A program made the position numbers and the translations under genes. Source: Eubacteriales bacterium (GTDB lineage Bacteria > Bacillota > Clostridia > Christensenellales > UMGS416). Taken from it: a stretch of DNA of 64,000 nt. The stretch lies in assembly GCA_040883315.1 (NCBI GenBank), contig JBFLKU010000008.1:118392-182391 (forward strand), read 5' to 3'. Numbering within the stretch: position 1 is the first letter of the stretch; every line of letters begins with the position of its first letter. This document shows, one piece after another, positions 20,771 to 30,585 of this stretch. The notes under the pieces are model-generated. The model was given only the letters and a program-made list of their open reading frames with translations. It was not told the origin of the DNA and searched no databases.

Positions 20771-21954
20771 CCTTCCTTGCTTTTGGGTACGATATCTATT
20801 GTTCCGTCTTTTGCTCTCAGCTTTGCTTTGCCCAGCTTCACTATCTGCTCTGTGGTATTCAGTATGTTTTCTTCATCATCCAGTGCTATCATATATCCTT
20901 TTTCCAGAGGTGACAGGGGATTTAGAGACGCAAGTGTGGCTTTGTGCAGCTCCAGCTGGCTTTGCTTGCTGATTAATTTTTGCTCTGCTAGGTTCTTCAG
21001 CCTTTGTACCATGAAGTCAAGGCTTTGGGAATATTCGTTCAGTCTATTTTCAGGAGACAATGTTTTCAATATCAAAGTTGCAGTATTTGCCTTTGCCTCT
21101 AAAGAATCCAGCTTTTGTCCAAACAAAACATTCAGGCTGTATGAATATCCATTCAGTACAGCTAAAAGCTCATCTCTGTCGGGCACTGCTCTGGCAGCTG
21201 CTGTAGATGGCGTTGATTCCCTTACATCAGCCACATAATCGCTGATGGACACGTCTCTTTCATGCCCTATAGCACTGATTATAGGAATTTTGCAGGCAAA
21301 TATTGCCCTTGCCACGATTTCCTCGTTGAATTCCCACAAATCTTCTTCGCTGCCTCCACCCCGGGTAAGTATTATCACATCGCAGATGTTGTTTTCGCTC
21401 ATGTAGTCGATAGCTGCGGCTATTGTCACGCTGGCACCTGCCCCCTGCACCATAACAGGGTAGTGAAGCACTTCACATATTGGGTATCTGGCGCTCAGCA
21501 CCCGTACAACGTCCTTTATTGCAGCACCCGTTTCAGATGTTATCACGCCGATTTTGCTAGGGTAGGCAGGCAGACTTTTTTTGTGGATATCGTCAAACAA
21601 CCCCTCTGCTTCCAGCTTGGTTCTTATTTTGTGAAATTTTTCGTACCAATATCCGATCCCGGAATATTCAACATTGCTGACAATCAGCTGGTATTCGCCG
21701 CCACGAACATATAAAGATACGCTGCCTGTAACTATCACATTATCAGAATTTTTAAAAGATATGCTTTGTCCTCTGCCAAACCAAGCACAGCGAACACTGG
21801 CATTTTCATCTTTTAATGTGAAATACACGTGATTAGCACTGGATACGGACAGGTTGGAGACCTCCCCGCGAACTTTGATATTTTTCAGGGAATGCTCATA
21901 TTCAAAAAGACGCTTTATATGATTGTTAAGATCATTTACTGTATATGTCAGCAT
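20767..21954 (-). CDS. xseA: Exodeoxyribonuclease VII large subunit
   Basis: 395 aa with an N-terminal OB fold (VRGEVSNL...HVYFTLKD), a catalytic core (ILTRGGGSEEDLWEFN, GHERD) and a coiled-coil tail. Confidence 0.93.
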   Translation of the reverse strand: MLTYTVNDLNNHIKRLFEYEHSLKNIKVRGEVSNLSVSSANHVYFTLKDENASVRCAWFGRGQSISFKNSDNVIVTGSVSLYVRGGEYQLIVSNVEYSGIGYWYEKFHKIRTKLEAEGLFDDIHKKSLPAYPSKIGVITSETGAAIKDVVRVLSARYPICEVLHYPVMVQGAGASVTIAAAIDYMSENNICDVIILTRGGGSEEDLWEFNEEIVARAIFACKIPIISAIGHERDVSISDYVADVRESTPSTAAARAVPDRDELLAVLNGYSYSLNVLFGQKLDSLEAKANTATLILKTLSPENRLNEYSQSLDFMVQRLKNLAEQKLISKQSQLELHKATLASLNPLSPLEKGYMIALDDEENILNTTEQIVKLGKAKLRAKDGTIDIVPKSKEG

Positions 21955-21955
21955 T

Positions 21956-22795
21956 CTATATATTGTGTTGGTTCTTGTATGCCGTTAATGTGTTTTGTAG
22001 AAGCATAGCGATGGTCATTGGCCCTACGCCGCCCGGAACAGGGGTGATATATGATGCTTTTTTACATGCGGATTCAAATTCCACATCTCCCACTAGTTTC
22101 TCATCCACAGTGTTCATGCCCACATCTATCACTACAGCGCCTTCTTTTATCATGTCTCCGGTCACCAAATTGGCAACTCCTACAGCGGCAACAACAATAT
22201 CTGCACGACCAATCTCTGCGGCTAAGTCCTTTGTTCTGCTGTGGCAAATAGTGACTGTGGCGTTTTCCTGCAGCAGCATCATAGCCACTGGCTTGCCTAC
22301 CAGCAGGCTTCTGCCTATTACGACTGCATTTTTGCCGGATATCTCTATACCTGTGCTTTTTATCATCTTTATAACGCCTGTAGGTGTGCATGGGGTAAGC
22401 CCGTCTACGCCGGCTACCAATTTGCCTATGCTTATTTGGTTTAGCCCATCTACATCCTTTTCAGGGGAGATTGTATTCATTATCTTTTCTTGGCTGATGT
22501 GCTTTGGAACAGGAAACTGCACCAATATGCCGTTTACGCTGTCATCATTGTTCAGCTTTTTTACCAAATCCAAAAGATCGCTTTCGCTGGTTTCCTTTGG
22601 CAGTCGGATGACTTCTGATGCCATGTCGACCCTTGCTGCGAACTTCTCTTTATTGCGCACATACACATGCGATGCAGGGTCGTCGCCTACCAGCACAACC
22701 ACTAGCTTGGGTATGCCGCCTAGCTTTTCAATCTCTTTTTTTATTTCTATACGTGTTTGCTTTGCCATTTCACGGCCATCAATTAAATTATACAA
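21956..22795 (-). CDS. folD: Bifunctional methylene-THF dehydrogenase / methenyl-THF cyclohydrolase
   Basis: 279 aa with VGDDPASHVYVRNK, GRSLLVGKPVAMML and PVPGGVGPMT motifs. TTG start 5 nt after AGGAGG. Confidence 0.95.
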   Translation of the reverse strand: MYNLIDGREMAKQTRIEIKKEIEKLGGIPKLVVVLVGDDPASHVYVRNKEKFAARVDMASEVIRLPKETSESDLLDLVKKLNNDDSVNGILVQFPVPKHISQEKIMNTISPEKDVDGLNQISIGKLVAGVDGLTPCTPTGVIKMIKSTGIEISGKNAVVIGRSLLVGKPVAMMLLQENATVTICHSRTKDLAAEIGRADIVVAAVGVANLVTGDMIKEGAVVIDVGMNTVDEKLVGDVEFESACKKASYITPVPGGVGPMTIAMLLQNTLTAYKNQHNI

Positions 22796-22850
22796 TTCTT
22801 CCTCCTATCAAAATAGCCATCATATCCAAAGATATAAATGGCCTTTTAAT

Positions 22851-23243
22851 TTATATAGATTTCAGCACCCCAGAGAGCACTCCGTTTATAAACTTGCCGG
22901 AGCCGTCTGTGGAGTATTCTTTGGCTATATCCACAGCTTCATTTATGGATACGCCTGTGGGCATGTCTTCCATATACTTCAGCTCATACACGGCTACACG
23001 AAGTATAGCCAAATCCACCTTTGGCAGCCTGTCCATCGCCCATTTTTTCAAATTAGGCTCTATCAGTCCGTCAATTGCGGCTAGGTTTGTCTGTATGTCT
23101 TTTATAGTGTTTTCAATGTATTCAATAGCTTCATTGCCTAGGCTAAGGTCATCCAAAACCAAAGACAACTGCGAGTAGTCGGAATTGAATTCCAACGAGT
23201 ACATGCATCTAACTAGGCCAATACGTGCATTACGCCTGTTCAT
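22851..23243 (-). CDS. nusB: Transcription antitermination factor NusB
   Basis: The tracked ORF is 153 aa. The internal ATG 23243 (MNRRNARIGLVRCMYSLEF...) follows AAAGGAAAA and gives a NusB-length protein of 130 aa with INEAVDIAKEY and FINGVL motifs. Confidence 0.9.
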   Translation of the reverse strand: MNRRNARIGLVRCMYSLEFNSDYSQLSLVLDDLSLGNEAIEYIENTIKDIQTNLAAIDGLIEPNLKKWAMDRLPKVDLAILRVAVYELKYMEDMPTGVSINEAVDIAKEYSTDGSGKFINGVLSGVLKSI

Positions 23244-23324
23244 ATATTTTTTCCTTTTTATTTGCGATTTTTTTGCTATACGCCTGTGCATAGCTATAGT
23301 CGGCAAATTCATGCCGACTATAAA

Positions 23325-23528
23325 TTATTTTTTAAATTTATCCATACCGTTTTTTATTATGGAATTTCCGTCTATGGTCATTCCTATCAATACGCCTATG
23401 CCTATGAATATAAGCACCAGCATAGCCTTCCAAAAGCCGATAATCAGCATCAGAATAGCTATAATTAAGCCTGCTAGGCCGCCGATAAAGGCACCTTTAT
23501 GCTTTGTAATTAACTCTATCATTTGCAC
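23325..23528 (-). CDS. DUF2273 small integral membrane protein
   Basis: 67 aa with two TM helices (GAFIGGLAGLIIAILMLIIGFWKAMLVLIFIGIGVLIG). It occupies the conserved position between amaP and nusB. Confidence 0.8.
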   Translation of the reverse strand: MQMIELITKHKGAFIGGLAGLIIAILMLIIGFWKAMLVLIFIGIGVLIGMTIDGNSIIKNGMDKFKK

Positions 23529-23534
23529 CCTACC

Positions 23535-24131
23535 TTAAAGTTTGTTATTTACTAGAATGTTTATATCAGCGATAGTCATTCCTGTTAATTGCTGTATTTT
23601 TTCCTTTGTGCTTGTTTGTATCTCTTCGCAGACTTTAGGGATAATAACACCATCGTCTACAGAAACACCAACAGTAATAAATGTTTTGTCGTCTACTACG
23701 TTTGTTTTGGCTTTGCTGTCTGCTACGCCTGCAATCTCGTTTACGTTTTTGCAGATCATGCTGTTTATAGTAGATGCGGCAATTTTGATTTGTCCGTTTT
23801 CTGGTGTACCTATTTTAATATATTCGATAGCCTTCGCTTTTTCGCCTTTGTTCTTTCTGAATGCCAAAACAAGCAGCCAAACGCAAACAATCAAATATAG
23901 AACTATTATGCCTGTTGCAACTGCAAAAGCAGTATCGCTGCTATAGTATAGATTGTCCACTGTATTGGTAACAGTATTTATTATACCATCATGTGAAAAC
24001 AGGGAATTAAGCTGCCAAACAAAAACCAAGAAAACCAAACTTGCAACAAGGGCAAGTAGTGCAGCTAAAACAAAAATAACTCTGCTTAAAAATCCAACTT
24101 TCATATTTTTAGTCCTTTCTATCTCTTCCAA
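23535..24131 (-). CDS. amaP: Alkaline-shock response membrane anchor AmaP-like
   Basis: 198 aa with two N-terminal TM segments and then an Asp23-like soluble part. It lies immediately downstream of asp23, as in the asp23 loci of Bacillota. Confidence 0.65.
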   Translation of the reverse strand: MEEIERTKNMKVGFLSRVIFVLAALLALVASLVFLVFVWQLNSLFSHDGIINTVTNTVDNLYYSSDTAFAVATGIIVLYLIVCVWLLVLAFRKNKGEKAKAIEYIKIGTPENGQIKIAASTINSMICKNVNEIAGVADSKAKTNVVDDKTFITVGVSVDDGVIIPKVCEEIQTSTKEKIQQLTGMTIADINILVNNKL

Positions 24132-24145
24132 AAGTATATTGTAAT

Positions 24146-24523
24146 TTATTCTTTTGCATTAAGCATCTTTATGCTGCCTACATGCACATCTACCTTTGCT
24201 ACCTTCAGGTCGGTCATGCTTTCTACTGCTTTAATAATATTGTCCTGTACTTCTGCACATACTTTGTGTATCAGTGCTCCATACTCTACAACAACATTCA
24301 AGTCCACTGTCACTTCGCCGTTTGCAACAGTTACTTTCAAGCCTTTTGTCAGGTTTTTGACACCCAGCATCTCCTGAATGGAGCCGCCTTCTGTGCCTAA
24401 TATTCCCTTTACTTCGCCTGCTGCCAGTGCAGCTATTTTTGCAATAACGTCATTGGCATAGGTAACTTTGCCTGAGTCATCCACTACTGCCATTTCTTTT
24501 ACTTCTTTATTTTCAGTGCTCAT
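24146..24523 (-). CDS. Asp23/Gls24 family envelope stress protein
   Basis: ATG 24523 (MSTENKEVKEMAVV...) follows AAAGGA. The tracked N-extension would begin upstream of the predicted promoter. The Asp23 core is present (VIAKIAALAAGEVKGI...VDVHVGSI). Confidence 0.88.
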   Translation of the reverse strand: MSTENKEVKEMAVVDDSGKVTYANDVIAKIAALAAGEVKGILGTEGGSIQEMLGVKNLTKGLKVTVANGEVTVDLNVVVEYGALIHKVCAEVQDNIIKAVESMTDLKVAKVDVHVGSIKMLNAKE

Positions 24524-24560
24524 TATAAAACAATCCTTTTTAATTATTATATTTTTTATC

Positions 24561-24589
24561 ATTATAGCATAACTTAAAAAAAATTACAC
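24561..24589 (-). promoter_or_regulatory. Possible extended -10 promoter for the asp23 operon
   Basis: The minus strand reads GTGTAA, a 17-nt spacer, then TGcTATAAT (-10 at 24566-24561). The -35 is weak and the extended -10 is good. Confidence 0.3.
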
Positions 24590-24683
24590 TATATGAAGGC
24601 AAATCTTGAAAAATGCATTCATGTATACATTCCACAGGCAAAATATCTGCATAGAAGCGACCATATGGCACAGGCATAAAAGG

Positions 24684-24712
24684 TTGTATAATAAATACAT
24701 TTACATTATAAT
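24684..24712 (+). promoter_or_regulatory. Sigma-A-like promoter for rbgA-rnhB-yraN
   Basis: TTGTAT (24684-24689), a 17-nt spacer, then TATAAT (24707-24712), 22 nt before the rbgA ATG. Confidence 0.5.
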
Positions 24713-24733
24713 AGGTAGGAATAAATCTAGAAA

Positions 24734-25600
24734 ATGGAGAAAAATGTGAATATACAATGGTATCCCGGTCATATGACCAAAGCAAAAAGACAAATGACAG
24801 AAAACGCCAAAAAGGTGGATGGCGTGCTGGAGGTTTTGGACTCTAGGATACCCTTGTCATCTAGAAATCCGGATTTTGATGAAATATTTGCACACAAAAA
24901 AAGACTGATAGTGCTGAATAAATCAGACCTTGCAGACCAAGGACTGATAAATGTGTGGATAGACTACTATAAGCAAAAGGGAATAGACACGATAGAATTG
25001 TGTGCTACAAAGAAAAACGACAAGCAAAAACTGATACAGTTTATCAAAAAGTCGCTGGATGAAAGAATACAGCACAATAAAAACCGAGGAATAAAAAAAG
25101 ACATAAAGCTGATGATTGTGGGCATACCGAATTCCGGAAAATCCACAGTTATTAATCTGCTTGCAAGTCAGGCATCAGCCAAAACAGGCAATAAGCCCGG
25201 CGTCACCCGTGGTCAGCAGATAATAAGGGTGGCAAAGGAGATAGTTTTGCTGGATACCCCCGGCGTGCTGTGGCCAAAATTCGAAGACGAAAGAAAGGCA
25301 ATGAATCTGGCATTGACTGGGGCTATAAAGGAGCAGGTGCTGGACATATGGGAGCTGGCAACATATCTGGTGACGAAAACACCAGATAGAATAAAGAACC
25401 TGATAAAGCAAAGATATTCTCTGGATGCCATGACAGGCGATGCGATGGCTGACATAACAGAGATAGCGAAAAAAAGAGGATTTCTGCTAAAAGGCGGCGA
25501 ATACGATATTGAGCGTGCTGCACAGATGATAATCACAGAATTTAAAAACGGCGTATGGGGCAAAATAGTGCTGGAGACACCAGAGGAATTTGACCAATGA
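24734..25600 (+). CDS. rbgA: Ribosome biogenesis GTPase A (YlqF/RbgA)
   Basis: 288 aa, a circularly permuted GTPase with WYPGHM, NKSDL and then GIPNSGKST and DTPG. Confidence 0.93.
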   Translation: MEKNVNIQWYPGHMTKAKRQMTENAKKVDGVLEVLDSRIPLSSRNPDFDEIFAHKKRLIVLNKSDLADQGLINVWIDYYKQKGIDTIELCATKKNDKQKLIQFIKKSLDERIQHNKNRGIKKDIKLMIVGIPNSGKSTVINLLASQASAKTGNKPGVTRGQQIIRVAKEIVLLDTPGVLWPKFEDERKAMNLALTGAIKEQVLDIWELATYLVTKTPDRIKNLIKQRYSLDAMTGDAMADITEIAKKRGFLLKGGEYDIERAAQMIITEFKNGVWGKIVLETPEEFDQ

Positions 25601-26214
25601 CAAACGCCAAGCTGGAATATGAAAACAGGCTGAAAAAGCAGGGATATGTGAATATAGCAGGCATAGATGAGGCAGGCAGAGGGCCATTGGCTGGGCCGGT
25701 GGTGGCGGCGTGCGTGATAATGGACACGGAAAAAATAATTGATGGAATAGACGACTCCAAAAAGATATCCCACAAAAAGAGGGCGATGCTGCTGGAGAAA
25801 ATATATGAAAATGCCATAGCCTATGGCGTGGGCATAGTGGACGTGGAGACCATTGAGAGGATAAACATATATCAGGCTGCAAAGCTGGCTATGGAGATAG
25901 CCTGCAAGAGCATGAAGAAATCCCCCGATTATGTGCTGGTGGACGCCATGAAGAATTTGGACATTGATCACCCGCAGGAAGCTATAATAAAAGGCGACAG
26001 CAAATCGTATTCTATCGGTGCGGCTTCTATCATAGCCAAGGAAACAAGAGACGAGATCATGATAGAATACGACAAAAAATATCCCGAGTATGGCTTTGCA
26101 AAGCACAAAGGATATGGAACTAAAGAGCATCGGGATGCGTTAAAAGAATATGGCATGTGTGAAATACACAGACCAAGCTTTTTGAAAAAGATACTAGGTG
26201 ACCAAAGTGAATAA
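25597..26214 (+). CDS. rnhB: Ribonuclease HII
   Basis: 205 aa with GIDEAGRGPLAGPVV, DSKK and ASIIAK motifs. ATGA overlap with rbgA. Confidence 0.95.
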   Translation: MTNAKLEYENRLKKQGYVNIAGIDEAGRGPLAGPVVAACVIMDTEKIIDGIDDSKKISHKKRAMLLEKIYENAIAYGVGIVDVETIERINIYQAAKLAMEIACKSMKKSPDYVLVDAMKNLDIDHPQEAIIKGDSKSYSIGAASIIAKETRDEIMIEYDKKYPEYGFAKHKGYGTKEHRDALKEYGMCEIHRPSFLKKILGDQSE

Positions 26215-26554
26215 AAAAAACTTGGGCGACAAAGGCGAAAGTGCAGCCTGCAGATACCTAGAAAACAAAGGATACAAGATAGTGCAGCAAAACTACAGAA
26301 CCAGATATGGTGAAGTAGATATTATTGCAATGGATAAAGAGACTCTGGTTTTTGCCGAGGTGAAGCTGCGCACAGGCAGCCAATTTGGCAGAGGGCTGGA
26401 GGCAATTACAAAGCACAAAATAGACAAAATACACGGGGCGGCTATGGACTACATACAGAAAAACTACGAGATGGAGCCGGATTGCAGATTTGATGTTGTG
26501 GAAATATCAAAAGGCACCCGTATGGAAATATTACATATAGAAAATGCATTTTAG
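26198..26554 (+). CDS. yraN: YraN family (UPF0102) endonuclease-like protein
   Basis: 118 aa with GEVDIIA and FAEVK motifs. GTG start overlapping the rnhB end. Confidence 0.88.
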   Translation: MTKVNKKNLGDKGESAACRYLENKGYKIVQQNYRTRYGEVDIIAMDKETLVFAEVKLRTGSQFGRGLEAITKHKIDKIHGAAMDYIQKNYEMEPDCRFDVVEISKGTRMEILHIENAF

Positions 26555-26566
26555 ACGGAGGTCGAA

Positions 26567-29500
26567 TTGGTGAAGAGAATCATTTTAATATTAGCAGCCC
26601 TTATTTTGGCTGTGGCTGCATCAGGGTGTGCAGACAAATCCGATACTGAATATGAAGTGAATTTAATAAAGGACGGAAGCTTCGAGGGCGACCTGTATGA
26701 ATACTGGGACAAGGATGTGTGGGTATCTATAGAGGGCTTTTCGAAGTTTAACGTGGCAGATGAAAACGGAAACCATGTGCTGAAAATAGAAAGCCGCGAG
26801 ATGAACGACGCGAAGATGAAGCAGACCGTGGACGTGGAGGAGAAAGAGATATACAAACTCTCCGGCTACGTCAAGGCAGAAAACGCAATGAACGGCACAG
26901 GAGCAAACCTGTCCTTCGAAAATATGTTTTTTTATACGGATGCGCTTTTTGATACAAATGGTGAATACGTGTATGTGGAGATGTACGGCAAGACAGCCAA
27001 AGGACAAGAGCAGCTGACTGTTTTCGCACGGCTGGGCGGATACTCCAACGAAAGCATAGGAACGGCTTATTTTGATGATATACGTCTGGAAAAGGTGAAA
27101 GAGGCACCAGAGGGTGCAAAAGTATATACCTTGGAGGAGTCTAAGCCTGCAAAGAGGCAGACACAAGTGGAGGAAGATGACGAAGACAAGGTGAAGTTTG
27201 CAGGAATGATGACACTGCTTTCTATTGCCTTTATCGTGGCATTTTTGATGATAAAACAGTCTTTGGACTATGGAGACGCACTTATAAAGGACGACTACTC
27301 AAGCGTATACTTGAGCATATTCGGCGTGATAATTACATTTGGCCTGCTGGTACGTGCCGTATTGGCTGCCACAGTGGCTGGGTATCCCAATGATATTGGC
27401 TGCTGGATAGGCTGGAGCTCTGCAGCGGCAGACAGAGGGATTGCAGGATTATACGATGGAACTACTTTCATCGACTATCCGCCGGGATACATGTACATTC
27501 TCTACTTTGTAGGTCTTTTAAATAAAATACCTTTGGTAGGGCAGGCTGCAGCAGCCACGGTGAAGATTCCGCCTATTCTGGCTGACGTGGCAATGACGAT
27601 GATAATATACAAAGTAGCCAAGGAAAAGCTAAGCGAGAAAGCTGCACTTTTGCTCAGCTCGCTGTACTTTTTGTCACCGGCTATCATAACGGACTCATCA
27701 GCATGGGGACAGATAGACTCTATACTTGCCATTATGGGTGTGCTCTTTATTATGTTCATGCACAAAAAGGACAAGAAAAGCTTTATACTAGCCGGAGTGA
27801 TGCTGGGCGCAGGAGTATTGATAAAACCGCAGATGCTGTTTTTCGCACCTCTTTATATTTTGGGAAGTTTCCACCTGCTAAAGGACGATAACTCAATCGA
27901 ATCGTGGAAAAAGATAATATTTGGAGTGATAGCAGGCATTGCAGCGTTTATTATTCTCACTTTGCCGCTTATCATAGGATATGGCGCAAAGTTTGTAATA
28001 GACTTGATGATAAATATTGTAAGCTCATATGGCTCTGTTTCGCTGAATGCAGCCAACCTATGGGCACTGCTGGGCGGAATGTGGGAAAAGGTAGAAACGC
28101 CATTCTTAGGCTCTACATATGGAGTGTGGGGATATATTGGACTGGCTTTGTCCGTAGTAATATTTGCAGTTGTTGCATTCAGGGATAAAAACCACAAGAA
28201 TATTTTCTTCCATACAGCTCTTTTGATAACCGGCATATTCATATTATCCGGCAAAATGCATGAAAGATATATGTACCCGGCTATGGCATTGCTGCTGTTT
28301 TCATATATCTACACAAAGGACAGAAGGCATTTATCATTGTTTGGCTGGTTTACGGTCACGCAGTTTGCCAATACATCGCTGGTTTTGGCTAATAAATATA
28401 TTTTCGGATTTAGGCTTGGTGGATTCACAAAGACCATGATTGACGCGGAAAATTTCCTATCATGGCTAAAAGAAAACCAAATGAACCTGTGGACCAGCTT
28501 TATATCCATAGCTGCTGTGCTGGGATACATTCTGATGATATACATTGGGCTCAAAAAGCCGGATATAGAAAAGCAGAATGAAATAGACGAAATAATAAAA
28601 GAAGAACGAAAAGAGATAGAGAGCAACAAAAAAGAAAAAATAATTGAGGACATAAATAGCGAAGAGTACAAAGGGCTATTTAAGTCCCTAAAGAAAAAAG
28701 ACTATATAATTATGCTCTCTCTCACTGTAATATACGGCATAATAGCATTTATACATCTGGGCAATTCATACGGACCAGAGACCATGTGGAACGCAATAAC
28801 CACAAATGAAGAGGTGGTGGTGGATTTTGGCAAAGACGTGGAGATAGACAAGATAATGTTTTTCCGTGCACAGGGAACAAACGGAGCAAACTTCACTGTG
28901 GATTTTGCCAGCACCAACAATGATGAAGAGTATTACACATCCTACTACTACAGAATAGACGAAGAGGGCAGGCTGGAGAACCTGCGAGATCAGATAATTA
29001 GTGAATATAATCTGACGGACGAATCAGTAATGGAATTCTCCAACTATCCTGCCATATTCAAATGGTATGAGATGGACGGATATGACATAGCGAGATATGC
29101 AAGGATTACAGTGCATAGACCTATGCTACGACTGGTAGAGATGGTGTTTGTAGACCCTGAAGGGAATGCTATTCCCATCAAGGACATTATAATAACAGAC
29201 CCTGATTCCAGCGAGGCTGTCAATCTGTTTGACGAGCAGGAAACAGTGCCTGAAAAAAGAACATACATGAACTCCACATATTTCGACGAAATATACCATG
29301 CCGGCACAGCTTGGGAGCACCTGATGCGCTACAACCCATACGAGACCACTCACCCACCTTTGGGCAAGGTGATAATGAGCCTTGGAATAAAAATGTTCGG
29401 CATGAATCCATTTGGCTGGAGGTTTATGGGCACTATTATAGGCATACTGATGGTGCCTGTGATGTATCTGCTGGCCATGGTGATATTCATGAAGACCAGG

Positions 29501-30583
29501 TACGCATGGATAGCAACTGTATTGATGACATTCGACTTTATGCACATGACCCAAACTAGAATAGCAACTATAGACAGCTATGGCGTATTCTTTATAATGC
29601 TGATGTTTTTATGCATGGGAATATATTTTAGAATGAGCTTCTATAAATCCAAATTCATAAAGACGCTTATTCCGCTGTTCTTGTCAGGGCTGTTTTTTGG
29701 TCTGGGCGCCGCCAGCAAATGGATATGCCTGTATGCAGGTGCAGGACTGGCAGTGGTGTTCTTCTATACACTGTATAAAAGATACAGAGAATATCTATTC
29801 GTGTGGAAGCATGAAAATGAAGATGTGGGAATAGATGAAGAGAAATCATCATTTATTAAGAAAAAATACAGAAAATATATAATAATAACTGTAGCACTAT
29901 GCATCATTTTCTTCATAGTAATACCTGTATGCATATATACCGCTTCCTATATACCTATCCTGCAGGCTGAGGAAGGCAGAGGGCTGGAATACGTAGTTGA
30001 ATCACAAAAGTATATGTTCAATTATCACAGCGGTCTGAACGCCGAGCACAGCTTTGCGTCCCCATGGTATGAGTGGCCGTTTATTGTAAAACCAATGTGG
30101 TATTATTCAGACCCTACACTAAATGATACGGGAAGAATGGCGTCGATTGCGGCGTTTGGCAACCCGGCTGTATGGTGGATAGGCACTATAGCATGCATAT
30201 GGCTGATAATTAGCTTATTCAGAAGCAAGAAAGCAGACGATATAAAAATATTTATAATAATTGGATTTTTGGCGCAGTATATGCCATGGATACTAGTACC
30301 TAGGTCTATGTTCATCTATCACTATTTTGCATCAGTTCCGTTTATCATCATTATGATTACCATGATGATAAGGTGGCTGGAAAACAAAAAGAGAACGTTT
30401 ATTGATGAAGACGGCAATGTATATGAAAAGGCATTCTACAACAGAAATATTACCTATGTATACATAGGCATTGTAATTGCGTTGTTCATTTTCTTCTATC
30501 CTGTCACTGCTGGCGTAGAGATACCCGCCGAATACGGCAGGCTGCTGAAATGGCTGCCCTCATGGTGGTTCACCTATTCCTAA
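26567..30583 (+). CDS. Large lipoprotein-anchored fusion of a CBM-like domain, a GT-C (COG5542/PMT_2-like) module, a discoidin-like domain and a GT39 (PMT-type) glycosyltransferase
   Basis: 1338 aa with a lipobox (LAVAASGC). A galactose-binding-like module follows (NLIKDGSFEGDLYEYW...AYFDDIRLEKV). The first polytopic block carries an FIDYPPGYMY loop. Next come a charged linker (KEERKEIESNKKEKIIED), a soluble beta-like segment (VVVDFGKDVEIDKIMFFRAQGTNGANF), and a second polytopic block with the PMT DE loop (TYFDEIYHAGTAWEH...THPPLGK) and a 4-TM C-terminus. GGAGG 26557-26561 suggests the actual start may be GTG 26570. Confidence 0.8.
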   Translation: MVKRIILILAALILAVAASGCADKSDTEYEVNLIKDGSFEGDLYEYWDKDVWVSIEGFSKFNVADENGNHVLKIESREMNDAKMKQTVDVEEKEIYKLSGYVKAENAMNGTGANLSFENMFFYTDALFDTNGEYVYVEMYGKTAKGQEQLTVFARLGGYSNESIGTAYFDDIRLEKVKEAPEGAKVYTLEESKPAKRQTQVEEDDEDKVKFAGMMTLLSIAFIVAFLMIKQSLDYGDALIKDDYSSVYLSIFGVIITFGLLVRAVLAATVAGYPNDIGCWIGWSSAAADRGIAGLYDGTTFIDYPPGYMYILYFVGLLNKIPLVGQAAAATVKIPPILADVAMTMIIYKVAKEKLSEKAALLLSSLYFLSPAIITDSSAWGQIDSILAIMGVLFIMFMHKKDKKSFILAGVMLGAGVLIKPQMLFFAPLYILGSFHLLKDDNSIESWKKIIFGVIAGIAAFIILTLPLIIGYGAKFVIDLMINIVSSYGSVSLNAANLWALLGGMWEKVETPFLGSTYGVWGYIGLALSVVIFAVVAFRDKNHKNIFFHTALLITGIFILSGKMHERYMYPAMALLLFSYIYTKDRRHLSLFGWFTVTQFANTSLVLANKYIFGFRLGGFTKTMIDAENFLSWLKENQMNLWTSFISIAAVLGYILMIYIGLKKPDIEKQNEIDEIIKEERKEIESNKKEKIIEDINSEEYKGLFKSLKKKDYIIMLSLTVIYGIIAFIHLGNSYGPETMWNAITTNEEVVVDFGKDVEIDKIMFFRAQGTNGANFTVDFASTNNDEEYYTSYYYRIDEEGRLENLRDQIISEYNLTDESVMEFSNYPAIFKWYEMDGYDIARYARITVHRPMLRLVEMVFVDPEGNAIPIKDIIITDPDSSEAVNLFDEQETVPEKRTYMNSTYFDEIYHAGTAWEHLMRYNPYETTHPPLGKVIMSLGIKMFGMNPFGWRFMGTIIGILMVPVMYLLAMVIFMKTRYAWIATVLMTFDFMHMTQTRIATIDSYGVFFIMLMFLCMGIYFRMSFYKSKFIKTLIPLFLSGLFFGLGAASKWICLYAGAGLAVVFFYTLYKRYREYLFVWKHENEDVGIDEEKSSFIKKKYRKYIIITVALCIIFFIVIPVCIYTASYIPILQAEEGRGLEYVVESQKYMFNYHSGLNAEHSFASPWYEWPFIVKPMWYYSDPTLNDTGRMASIAAFGNPAVWWIGTIACIWLIISLFRSKKADDIKIFIIIGFLAQYMPWILVPRSMFIYHYFASVPFIIIMITMMIRWLENKKRTFIDEDGNVYEKAFYNRNITYVYIGIVIALFIFFYPVTAGVEIPAEYGRLLKWLPSWWFTYS

Positions 30584-30585
30584 AT

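Noticed and set aside
21945-23084. A 379-aa plus-strand ORF runs antisense across the xseA start, all of folD, the folD-nusB spacer and part of nusB.
   Set aside because: The predicted peptide is S/T/P/F/I-rich low-complexity sequence with no RBS context. In this frame, antisense stops arise only from specific Tyr/His/Gln codon contexts in the sense gene, so long open antisense frames are expected with this codon usage. The sense genes (folD, nusB) are unambiguous.
25213-26130. A 305-aa minus-strand ORF lies antisense to rbgA and rnhB.
   Set aside because: The reasoning is the same as for the folD antisense ORF. The peptide is H/Y/F/S/C-rich and not protein-like. It fully overlaps two well-supported genes and has no start-site signals.
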